This document shows positions 30,115-38,208 of a stretch of 46,734 nt of DNA, in pieces (the stretch's first letter is position 1; each line of letters begins with the position of its first letter). Below the pieces are notes generated by a model. It was not told the origin of the DNA. It did not search any database and saw only the letters and a list, made by a program, of their open reading frames with translations. This DNA is from Zoogloeaceae bacterium (GTDB lineage Bacteria > Pseudomonadota > Gammaproteobacteria > Burkholderiales > Rhodocyclaceae). Both the position numbers and the translations under genes were made by a program. The stretch covers positions 1 to 46,734 of the forward strand of contig JAISLJ010000136.1 in NCBI GenBank assembly GCA_031290955.1. The letters run 5' to 3'.

Positions 30115-31389
30115 ATGAATATTGTCATCCGGAACGGGCGGCTGGTCGACCCGAAGGCGGCGCTGGATGCGCCTTTGAATCTCTATCTGGCCGAAGGTCG
30201 GGTTGCGGGGATCGGACGGGTGCCGGAGGGATTTGTCGCCGAGCGGGAAATCGATGCCGCAGGGCTTGTCGTGGCGCCGGGGCTGATTGATCTTTCCGCG
30301 CGCCCCGTCCGGCTCGAAAGCGAGTTGACCGCCGCAGTTGCTGGCGGCGTCACCACGCTTGTCTGCCCGCCCGATCTGGACCCGATTCTGGATGAGCCGG
30401 AGTTGATCGAGCGTTTGCGGCGCGAATCCGCCGACCTGGCCCTGGCGCGTCTCCTGCCGCTGGGGGCCTTGACGCAGGGTCTTGCAGGCGAGCGTCTTTC
30501 GGAGATGGCGGGCCTGAAGCGGGCGGGCGCGATTGCCTTTTCGCAGGGCAAGCGCCCGATTCTGGATACGCAGGCATTGTTGCGGGCCTTTGAATATGCC
30601 GCAACCTTTGGTTTTTCCGTCTGGTTGCAGCCCCAGGATTATTATCTTTCCCGCAGCGGTTTCGCGCATGATGGCGAGGTTTCCGCGCGGTTGGGGCTGG
30701 CGGGCATTCCGGTAAGCGCCGAGACGGTCGCCATTGCGACAACGCTCACGCTTGCCGCAGATACGCGGGTGCGCCTGCATCTGCGCCGCCTTTCCTCTGC
30801 TGCGGGCATCGCGATGGTGAAGAAGGCCCAGGACGAGGGCGTGGCGGTGACGTGCGATGTTGGCATTCATCACCTTTTGCTTTCCGAGGCGGATATCGGC
30901 TTTTTCGATGCGCAGGCTCGTTTCGATCCGCCGCTCCGGAGCCTTGCCGACCAGGAAAAACTGGGGGAAGGCGTGGCGCTGGGCGTGGCCGCGCTCTGTT
31001 CCGACCACACGCCCCTGGATCAGGATCACAAGCTGAAAGCCTTTGGCGAAGCCAGTCCCGGCGCAACAGGACTGGAACTTCTCCTGCCGCTCACGCTGGA
31101 ATGGGCGCGGCGGGCGGGACGCTCCCACCTCGAAGCCCTGGCCCCGCTCACCGCCCACCCCGCCGCCATCCTGGGCCGGGACGATCTGGGCCATCTGGGC
31201 GTGGGCGCGGCGGCGGACGTGATCCTTTTCGATCCCGAAGCCCGTTGGGAAGTCAAGGCCAGCACCCTCAAGAGTTTCGGCAAGAACTCGCCCTTCCTGA
31301 ACCAAACCCTTGCCGGACAAATCCAGATGACGCTCATCGGTGGGCGGATTGTCCATGCGGAGAACGAATGCCAGGAATTGCAGGGTTGA
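30115..31389 (+). CDS. Dihydroorotase-like protein, likely catalytically inactive PyrC'/PyrX
   Basis: Amidohydrolase motifs (AAVAGGVTT, CSDHTP, KNSPF), but PGLIDLSAR replaces the metal-binding DxHxH. Confidence 0.85.
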   Translation: MNIVIRNGRLVDPKAALDAPLNLYLAEGRVAGIGRVPEGFVAEREIDAAGLVVAPGLIDLSARPVRLESELTAAVAGGVTTLVCPPDLDPILDEPELIERLRRESADLALARLLPLGALTQGLAGERLSEMAGLKRAGAIAFSQGKRPILDTQALLRAFEYAATFGFSVWLQPQDYYLSRSGFAHDGEVSARLGLAGIPVSAETVAIATTLTLAADTRVRLHLRRLSSAAGIAMVKKAQDEGVAVTCDVGIHHLLLSEADIGFFDAQARFDPPLRSLADQEKLGEGVALGVAALCSDHTPLDQDHKLKAFGEASPGATGLELLLPLTLEWARRAGRSHLEALAPLTAHPAAILGRDDLGHLGVGAAADVILFDPEARWEVKASTLKSFGKNSPFLNQTLAGQIQMTLIGGRIVHAENECQELQG

Positions 31390-31437
31390 GGGGAAGCGCT
31401 GCCGATAGCAAGGATGGCAAGGCCGCCGCAATCTGTC

Positions 31438-32139
31438 TCAATAGCTCATGCACACCGTGTAGCGTGTGCCGTCTGCGTAAGGGTCGGGGGAGGCGTTTTG
31501 AGCGCCGGTGGCTTGGCTTGTGCCGTTCGCCTGGGCAATGGCTTGCAGGGAACCGGCATCTGGCTTGCCGTCGTCCATGTTGATGTCCAGTTGCAGGGCG
31601 AGCTTGCCGTCGATGGAATCCGAACAGGCGTAGAAACTGCTGCCCGGCATGCTGACCAGCGGGCGTTCGCCGCTTACGCCAAACCTGCCGCCTTCGGCAT
31701 TGCTCGGCAGGGCCGCCGTGGCAAAGCTGGCGAAATCCGTGGAACCCGTGGCAAGATTGGCCCGGCGCAGGTGTTCCCAGACAAGGATTGATTCATCCGT
31801 TATGTTCTCGGAATTCCACCGTCCGTTGATGACGCCATTGCCGTTGCCCTCGTGCCCGCCCGTGATCTGCCAGCGGGAAACCGCGGTGTTGTCGTCGCCG
31901 GGCAGGCGGCGGAATTTGTCCTGGTAACCGTACAACATCACCTGCGCGTTGCGGAAATCGTTGCCGATGTTCTTTACCTTGGCGTTGTTGATGAGTTCCT
32001 GTCCCTTCAGGACACCGCCGATCAAAAGACCGATGATGACAAGGACGATGGCAATCTCGACCAAGGTAAAGCCGGATGCCTTGCGGGAAGCGTTGGGAAA
32101 ATCTTTGGGGAAAGTCTTGGGGAAGTGCCTGTTTTTCAT
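31438..32139 (-). CDS. Prepilin-type N-terminal cleavage/methylation protein (candidate major pilin or pseudopilin)
   Basis: SG|FTLVEIAIVLVIIGLLIGGVLKGQELI, YQDKFRRLPGD, LDINMDDG. Confidence 0.85.
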   Translation of the reverse strand: MKNRHFPKTFPKDFPNASRKASGFTLVEIAIVLVIIGLLIGGVLKGQELINNAKVKNIGNDFRNAQVMLYGYQDKFRRLPGDDNTAVSRWQITGGHEGNGNGVINGRWNSENITDESILVWEHLRRANLATGSTDFASFATAALPSNAEGGRFGVSGERPLVSMPGSSFYACSDSIDGKLALQLDINMDDGKPDAGSLQAIAQANGTSQATGAQNASPDPYADGTRYTVCMSY

Positions 32140-32174
32140 GATGCGCTCCTTGCGTGTGGTGGGGAAAGGGAAGG

Positions 32175-32855
32175 TCAGAGTGCGCGCCCGGCGGCGATCA
32201 GGCGGTTGAAGAGCAGGGGACGGGCGAGCCAGTGCAGGCGGTCGTCGAATTCTGGCGTTGGCGTGCCGGATTCGTAGTCGCCGCCGATGGCCTCGAAACT
32301 ATCGTTGCGCCCGTCAGGCCGGGCATTGGGGCCGATGGAATAAAAAATGGCGACGGGGCGCTCGTCCGCCGTGGTGAGATATGCGCCCTCGTGGTTGCGC
32401 ACCCGCAGCACGCCAGCCTCGCCCCCGGAAGCGCCGCCCAGCGGCGTGGCAAGGGTGATGGGCGCGGCGGCATTAGCGAAATTGGCGTCTACCCGGTAAC
32501 GCCAGCGCATCCCCCAAGGGTCGCTTTCCGTGAGGCCCAGCGTCTTGAAGGGGAGAAAGCCTTCCGCCTGCGGCTGTGCGCAGGAAACATCCGCGCGGCC
32601 ATATTCCGGCGCGGCGGCATCCTGCCCGGTATCCGGACAGGGGAGGACTCCGTGGATGGCGGCATAGCCCAGGAGGGCGTCACGAATCTCGCGCAACGCC
32701 GCTTCGGCGGCCCGGCCCTCGCTGATGTCACGCGCTGCGGAGAGCGGCAGCAGCATTCCGCCCATGAGCAGGCCCAGGACAACCATGACAACAGCGATTT
32801 CCACCAGGGTAAACCCTGGCGGCGCGGGAGATTTTGCGTTCGTGGCGCGCTTCAT
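32175..32855 (-). CDS. Prepilin-type minor (pseudo)pilin
   Basis: PG|FTLVEIAVVMVVLGLL, EIRDALLGYA...LPCPD, DPWG; start at MKRAT. Confidence 0.82.
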   Translation of the reverse strand: MKRATNAKSPAPPGFTLVEIAVVMVVLGLLMGGMLLPLSAARDISEGRAAEAALREIRDALLGYAAIHGVLPCPDTGQDAAAPEYGRADVSCAQPQAEGFLPFKTLGLTESDPWGMRWRYRVDANFANAAAPITLATPLGGASGGEAGVLRVRNHEGAYLTTADERPVAIFYSIGPNARPDGRNDSFEAIGGDYESGTPTPEFDDRLHWLARPLLFNRLIAAGRAL

Positions 32856-34417
32856 GGCATGCGGCAATCGGGAATCAGGCGGTAGGGTTCTGTGGCGTCC
32901 GGGAGCGCGAGGCAGGCGGCGCGGTCGTTGCCGCTCAGGGCCAGCGTCTGGCCGCCGCTTTCGATGACGGTGGCGGTCTCGCCTTCCAGATAGTTCGCTG
33001 CATCCTGCCGTTCGGCGGGCGTGGCGCGGCTTTGGCCGGGCAGGGGATCGCCCGCGTAGATCAGGATCGCGGCATAGAGATGACCATTGACACGCAGGCA
33101 ATCTTCCGGAGTCAGCGCGCAATCGGCGGCAGGAGACTGGGCGGGCGCGAAGCCCGGCGCGACCAGATAGAAAAGGTGATCCTTCCACTTGTCGAGCCAG
33201 CCGTCCTTGCTGTCCATGTGGCTTTCCCCATCCGTGGGCGTCGGGTAGCCCGCAACCGGCAGGAGTTCCGGGCAATTGTCGCTGCGCAGCAGGCGGCAGG
33301 CGGCATTCTTGTTTTCCGGGACACAATCCTTGAAGGCGCCCCAGGTGACATCCATTTCCTTTTTGGAGAAGCTGGTCAGGAAGGGCAGGCGACCGCCGTT
33401 GCGATTCTTGCCGTCGAAAAAGGCGTCGTTCTCGAAAGTGTTGGGCGCGGCGCGGCCCAAGGGGATGGCGGCAGCCCAGGGCAGACGCCGGTAGGCGTTG
33501 TTGTCGCCGAAGCGGGCAAGGCAGGCAGCGGCGCGCTGGGTGAGGGCGCGCGCCGTTGGGGCGTTGTCCGCGTCGAACACATCCTTCTCTGTTTGCGGGC
33601 GTTTCTCCAGCCGCGCCAGCAGTTCGGCCCGCGTGATCCAGAGCAGGCGGTCATTGAAACGCTCGTCCGCTGACGCGGCGATGACCTGGGTGATGCCTTC
33701 CGGTCCTGGGTTGGGCGTGGCGTTGTCGATGCCGTCCAGCGCCTCCAGGAACTGGCGGGCGTCGTAGTTTCCCCGGCACTCCTGCCGGTTGGCGGCGCGG
33801 TCTTGCCCCGCAAGCGGCGGCCCCGGCGCGAAGAGGATGGCCACCGGGCGCTCCAGCGCGGCTTTCCCGGCCAGGATATGGCCCGCGCCATCCTGCACCT
33901 CGAATTGCCCCGGAATATCCGGGTTCAGGAGATCCGCCTTGGGATGGGCCTTGTGGCTGCCGGAAACGGCATACCAAAGACATTCCCCGTAGCCATCCCT
34001 GGGCGGCGGAATGCCCAGGCTGCGCCAAGGGAAATGGCCAATGGCGGTAACGCCCTTTGGGCCGCAGGTGGGCGCTTCCGTGCCCTGGAGGCCGGAGGCG
34101 TTCAGGTCTTCCGGGTTCTTCTCCTTGTCATCGATGGAACTGCCGGTATCCGGGCAGGGCAGGTGACCGGGGACGTAGGCGCTGCGGCCTCCGGCAAGGC
34201 GGATTTCCGGGTAGGCGGCGGCATAGCCCAGCAGGGCTTCCTTGGCTTCCGCCAGGGCGTGGTCGCCCAAAAGGTCGCGCACTGCGGCGCGGTTGAATCC
34301 GGCGGCCAGGTGTGCAAACCAGAAAAGGCCGCCCAAAAGGAGGAGCGCGAACAGGGCCAGCAAGGCCGCGCCCCGCTGGTCGGGCAAGATGCGGATGCGG
34401 TGCGCGCGCCGGGCCAT
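32852..34417 (-). CDS. Large PilX/GspK-like prepilin-type protein
   Basis: QRG|AALLALFALLLL (no Glu5), LAEAKEALLGYA, GHLPCPD, RDGYGECLWYAVS; start overlaps upstream stop. Confidence 0.75.
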   Translation of the reverse strand: MARRAHRIRILPDQRGAALLALFALLLLGGLFWFAHLAAGFNRAAVRDLLGDHALAEAKEALLGYAAAYPEIRLAGGRSAYVPGHLPCPDTGSSIDDKEKNPEDLNASGLQGTEAPTCGPKGVTAIGHFPWRSLGIPPPRDGYGECLWYAVSGSHKAHPKADLLNPDIPGQFEVQDGAGHILAGKAALERPVAILFAPGPPLAGQDRAANRQECRGNYDARQFLEALDGIDNATPNPGPEGITQVIAASADERFNDRLLWITRAELLARLEKRPQTEKDVFDADNAPTARALTQRAAACLARFGDNNAYRRLPWAAAIPLGRAAPNTFENDAFFDGKNRNGGRLPFLTSFSKKEMDVTWGAFKDCVPENKNAACRLLRSDNCPELLPVAGYPTPTDGESHMDSKDGWLDKWKDHLFYLVAPGFAPAQSPAADCALTPEDCLRVNGHLYAAILIYAGDPLPGQSRATPAERQDAANYLEGETATVIESGGQTLALSGNDRAACLALPDATEPYRLIPDCRMP

Positions 34418-35106
34418 CAGTGCCGTTCCTGGCGCAGGTGGCCGCCTTGCAGCAAATCCGGCCAAGCGGGCGGCTTTGTTTCCGTCTCGAAGCGACCGTC
34501 GATCCACAGCACCGCCGCGCCGCCCTGCCGCTGGAGGCGACCATGCACATGGCGCGGCGCACTTGCCGCTTCGTTCTCCGGCGCGGGCGGCGCGTGTTTC
34601 AGGGCATCCAGCCGGGCGCGCGCCTCCGGCGTGAAGAAGAGACGGCCCAATCGGGCTTGCAGGGCTTGCGGGGCGTGTGGGATTTGCAGGGGCGGGAGAG
34701 GGTGCTGTTCCCTGCGGAACGCAGCGACGCTCATTTTTTCCAACCTTCCAGCAGCGCAACCGCCCAAGGAAACATATGCGGCGCTTTGCACCGGAAGATG
34801 GACGCCCTCTCCTGCCCCTGCTGGGGCACCCTCCCCCGCCAAGCGGGGGAGGGAAAGGCAAGCGCCCCAAGTGCGGAACGGGTGTGTGGATTGCCACGGC
34901 CCTTCGGCCCTCGCAATGACGAAATATGTGGCGCTTCGCGCCAGAAAGTGGGGGCGGCTTCCAGCGGATGCTGATTGCGTAGTCGGCGCTTGTGCCACCA
35001 GCACCGTTTCAACCATCGGCAACGCAAGCGCCGGTTTCGGAAATGGCAACAACGGCAGCAGCGGCAGAAAGAGCCGCAGGAAAAACGGCAAGTGTTTCAG
35101 TTTCAT
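34417..35106 (-). CDS. Exported protein of the pilus-like cluster (PilP/GspC position) with in-frame repeat-derived segment
   Basis: Signal-like MKLKHLPFFLRLFLPLL...ALA; LGRLFFTPEARARLD and VLWIDG motifs; coupled to both neighbours. Confidence 0.65.
   Translation of the reverse strand: MKLKHLPFFLRLFLPLLPLLPFPKPALALPMVETVLVAQAPTTQSASAGSRPHFLARSATYFVIARAEGPWQSTHPFRTWGACLSLPRLAGEGAPAGAGEGVHLPVQSAAYVSLGGCAAGRLEKMSVAAFRREQHPLPPLQIPHAPQALQARLGRLFFTPEARARLDALKHAPPAPENEAASAPRHVHGRLQRQGGAAVLWIDGRFETETKPPAWPDLLQGGHLRQERH
34805..34853. repeat. REP-like composite hairpin (CCCTCCCCCGC-caa-GCGGGGGAGGG)
   Basis: Perfect 11-bp stem 34829-34853 preceded by GCCCC-tgct-GGGGC; related cores at 15682-15698 and 24414-24442. 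Confidence 0.7.
34886..34922 (-). repeat. Dispersed REP/RPE-like repeat, copy 2
   Basis: 34/37 identical to 130-166. Confidence 0.8.
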
Positions 35107-35675
35107 GGTGTCGCTCCGGAAGCCGTGGGAGCGCCTGCCACCGCCTGCGCCTGCCATGCCATCCATTCCAGACGGCATTGCGCGGCGAGGTTTGGCCCAG
35201 GCTGGATGGGTTCGGATGGCAGGTCTGGCGACATGCGCCGCAGGTCGCAGGCGCGAACGCGCAGCGACGGATGCGCGAGCGCCTCCAGGAGCGCCAGCAA
35301 TTCTTCCTCGTGCGTGAGTTCCAATGCCAGCGCCATCTTTCCGACGACCAAGGCTCCGCCTGCCGCCGCCAACGTTTCCGTCTCCCAGGTGTGCGCCACA
35401 CGCGGAATGGCGGCGGATTCCCGGATGTTCGCCAGTTGCCGGGCCAAGGCTTCCGCTTCCGGCAAGGGCGCGGCCCATGCGGTCAAGGCGGTGCGCTGGC
35501 TTTCGGCTTCAGCTTCGGCCTGCATGCGTTCGGCGTGGAGCGCCTGCCATTCCAGACGCAAGCCTTCCGCCTGCCGCCGGGCCGTTTCCGCCATTCGCCA
35601 GCCTTGCCAGGCGAGCATGCCGCCGACCAGCGTTGGCAGGCACAAGAGCGCAAGGTGGCGCAGGAGGGGATTCAC
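35103..35675 (-). CDS. PilO/GspM-like membrane protein
   Basis: GTG start overlapping upstream stop; TM helix, coiled coil, then MALALELTHEEELLALLEAL...CRLEW. Confidence 0.62.
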   Translation of the reverse strand: MNPLLRHLALLCLPTLVGGMLAWQGWRMAETARRQAEGLRLEWQALHAERMQAEAEAESQRTALTAWAAPLPEAEALARQLANIRESAAIPRVAHTWETETLAAAGGALVVGKMALALELTHEEELLALLEALAHPSLRVRACDLRRMSPDLPSEPIQPGPNLAAQCRLEWMAWQAQAVAGAPTASGATP

Positions 35676-37021
35676 GCCTTGGCCTCCCATGCGAGCCGCA
35701 GGCGAAACACGCCGTCGGGCGCGGCGGGCAGCGTCAGGATTTCGGGCGGCGGGCCGTGTTGCGCGAGCGTCTCCACGAAGGCGGCAAAGGCCGTCGCCGC
35801 CGCAACGCCTTCCAGGGTCAGGCTGGCGGAGGCATCGCACTGCCAGGCAAGGCGGGTCAGGAAGATATCCGGATGCGCCGCCAGCATGCCGGCAACGCGC
35901 GTCAGCGCCGCGCGGTGGGAACATGGATGGGCAAACGTCGCAAGCGTCTGACGCAGGCGTTCGGCGGCGGGCGCGGGCCTCTCGCCAACGGTGGCGGCGG
36001 CTTGCCGTTGTGCCTGGATGTTCGCCGCGAGCCGGGCGTTTTCCACCTTCTGCGCCTGCGCCTGGGTATACCAAACGCTTCCGGCGGCAAGGCCGCACAG
36101 GCACAGCGCCATCCCGGCAAGTCCCGCTGCCCGCGCCCAGAACTGCTGCCGCGCATCCGGCATTTCTTCTGCAAGCGGAAAACCCTGCCGGGGCGATCGC
36201 GTGGCAAGCAAGGTCAAAAAGAGTCTTGCGTATCCTGCGGACGGGTCGTCCTGCGGACGGCAATTTTTTTGGGGATTGCGGAGGTGTTGTGCTTGTTCGA
36301 TCAGGGTTTGGGGAGAGGCGGTGACGAGGTGGAAATCCGGCAGGTTCTCCGGCATGGGCGGGTCGGCGATGAGCACGAGATGGCGGATGCCCTCGCGCAA
36401 AAAACGATGCCGCCCTTCCAGATAGCGTTTCAGTTTTTCCGCTTCCTCGCGCAGGGTTGTGGCCGAAGGATCGCGGCAGGGCACGAGGCGGGAGAAAAGT
36501 ACCTGGCCTTGCAGGACAAGGCTCTCGCGCAGCCAGCCACCGTCGTGCAAAGTAAAGAGCAAGGCAGCCTCCTGCGCGGCGGCCTTTCCCAAGAGCGTGG
36601 CCGCAAGCGGCCCGGAGAGTTGCGACACGCTGTAAAAACCCGCCGAACGAAGACGATGCGCGCTCAGGAGAGGAAGGAGCCAATCCGGCAGCACCGAGCG
36701 CGGCAAGGCCGTCCACAGGATCTGTTCCTCATGCGCGCTCTGCGCAAGCGTTTGCGTCAGGACGCAAGAAGCATCGGGAAAAAGCTGCTTGCGACGGCGC
36801 GCCAGCACCGTGGCGCGGTCGCGTCCGGCAAGGCGCGGCAGGGTTTCGACCGCAAAGGCTTCCTCCGCCGAATTCACGAGAAAGCGCAGGCAAAGGCCAG
36901 GATGCGCCGCGCACCAGCGACCAAGCTCCGCCTCCCCTAAGGCCGCCCGAAAAAGCCCGTCGCGCCGCCATTCCCACAAGGCTGCCTCTTGTTCCAGGAG
37001 GAGCAGGAATTGCGTGCGCAT
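35672..37021 (-). CDS. PilM/PilN (GspL)-like fusion protein
   Basis: Cytoplasmic N-domain, single TM (AGLAGMALCLCGLAAGSVWY), PilN-like C-domain (IFLTRLAW...LTLEG); follows gspF. Confidence 0.62.
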   Translation of the reverse strand: MRTQFLLLLEQEAALWEWRRDGLFRAALGEAELGRWCAAHPGLCLRFLVNSAEEAFAVETLPRLAGRDRATVLARRRKQLFPDASCVLTQTLAQSAHEEQILWTALPRSVLPDWLLPLLSAHRLRSAGFYSVSQLSGPLAATLLGKAAAQEAALLFTLHDGGWLRESLVLQGQVLFSRLVPCRDPSATTLREEAEKLKRYLEGRHRFLREGIRHLVLIADPPMPENLPDFHLVTASPQTLIEQAQHLRNPQKNCRPQDDPSAGYARLFLTLLATRSPRQGFPLAEEMPDARQQFWARAAGLAGMALCLCGLAAGSVWYTQAQAQKVENARLAANIQAQRQAAATVGERPAPAAERLRQTLATFAHPCSHRAALTRVAGMLAAHPDIFLTRLAWQCDASASLTLEGVAAATAFAAFVETLAQHGPPPEILTLPAAPDGVFRLRLAWEAKA

Positions 37022-37024
37022 GCC

Positions 37025-38206
37025 TCACCTCGCAAATTGCACAATGATGTCGTAGATCGGGCCGATGACCGAAAGCACGATCCAGCCCAGCAACGCGCCG
37101 AGCATGAGGGTGAGAACAGGTTCGGCCAGCGCCTCGATATGACCGACGGACTGGGCGACATCGCGCTCGAAGAAGCGGGCGGCATTGTGGAGCGCCGTAT
37201 CCAGCGCGCCGGTGCGCTCGCCCACTTCCGTCATGCGCACCACGAAGGGCGGGAACAGGCCCGTCGCCAGGAAGGCGCCCGCCAGGTTGCGGCCCTCGCG
37301 GACAGCGTACTCCGTCTCGCCGATGGCCACAGCCAGCGCGTGGTTGCCGACCACGCTGCGCGTGACGGCAAGGGAATCAAGGATCGGCACGCCTGCGGCA
37401 TAGAGCGTGGCCAGGGTATCGGCAAAGCGGGCAAGGGCGATCTTCTGCGCGATCTTTCCCAGAATGGGCAGGCGCAGCCAGAGGGCGTCCCCTTGGGCAC
37501 TTCGCAGCCAGAACACGGTCGCCGCTAGGCCAAGGAAGGCGAGCACGACCAGCACGTGCCAGGATTGGCGCAGGAAGCCGGAGACGAAGAAAAGCAGCCG
37601 GGCATGCCAGGGCAAATCCTGCCCCATGTTGCGCGCAAAGATTTCCAGTTCCGGCACAAGGTAGAGCATGAGGAAGGCCGTTGCCGCCAGCATGACGCAG
37701 GCCACGAAGGCCGGGTAGGCCAGGAGCCGCCGCGCCTGCGCGTGCAAGGCCGCCTCACGCTCCACGGCCCGGAACTGTTTTTCAAAAACGTCGGCCAGAT
37801 CCCCTGAGGCTTCCCCGGCCCGGATCAGGCTCGTGAAGATCGGCGGGAAGCGGGCAGGGTGGTTCTGCATGGCCTCCGAGAGCGTTGCGCCGCCTTCGAT
37901 TTCCCGGATGAGTCCCGCCGCGATTTCCTGCAACGGCGAGGCTTCCGGCGTATCACGCAAATCCGCGAGGGCATCCAGCAAGGGGACGCCCGCCTTCAGC
38001 AATTCCTTCATCTCGAAGGCAAACTGGAGCAAATCCCGGCGCCGGATGCCGCCCCGGCGCGAGAGGCCCGGCCTTGCCGAAGCAAAGCGCACGAGAAAAA
38101 GAGCCTGGCGTTTCAGGCGCGCTTCCAGTTCCTCCGGGTTTTCCGCTTCCAGATGGCCGCGCACCTTGCGACCTGCGGCATTCAGGGCGGAATAGGCATA
38201 GAGCAT
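37025..38206 (-). CDS. GspF/PilC family inner-membrane platform protein
   Basis: YAYSALNAAG, LLKAGVPLLDAL, RAGEASGDL, VGERTGALD, LAEP. Confidence 0.92.
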   Translation of the reverse strand: MLYAYSALNAAGRKVRGHLEAENPEELEARLKRQALFLVRFASARPGLSRRGGIRRRDLLQFAFEMKELLKAGVPLLDALADLRDTPEASPLQEIAAGLIREIEGGATLSEAMQNHPARFPPIFTSLIRAGEASGDLADVFEKQFRAVEREAALHAQARRLLAYPAFVACVMLAATAFLMLYLVPELEIFARNMGQDLPWHARLLFFVSGFLRQSWHVLVVLAFLGLAATVFWLRSAQGDALWLRLPILGKIAQKIALARFADTLATLYAAGVPILDSLAVTRSVVGNHALAVAIGETEYAVREGRNLAGAFLATGLFPPFVVRMTEVGERTGALDTALHNAARFFERDVAQSVGHIEALAEPVLTLMLGALLGWIVLSVIGPIYDIIVQFAR

Positions 38207-38208
38207 GG

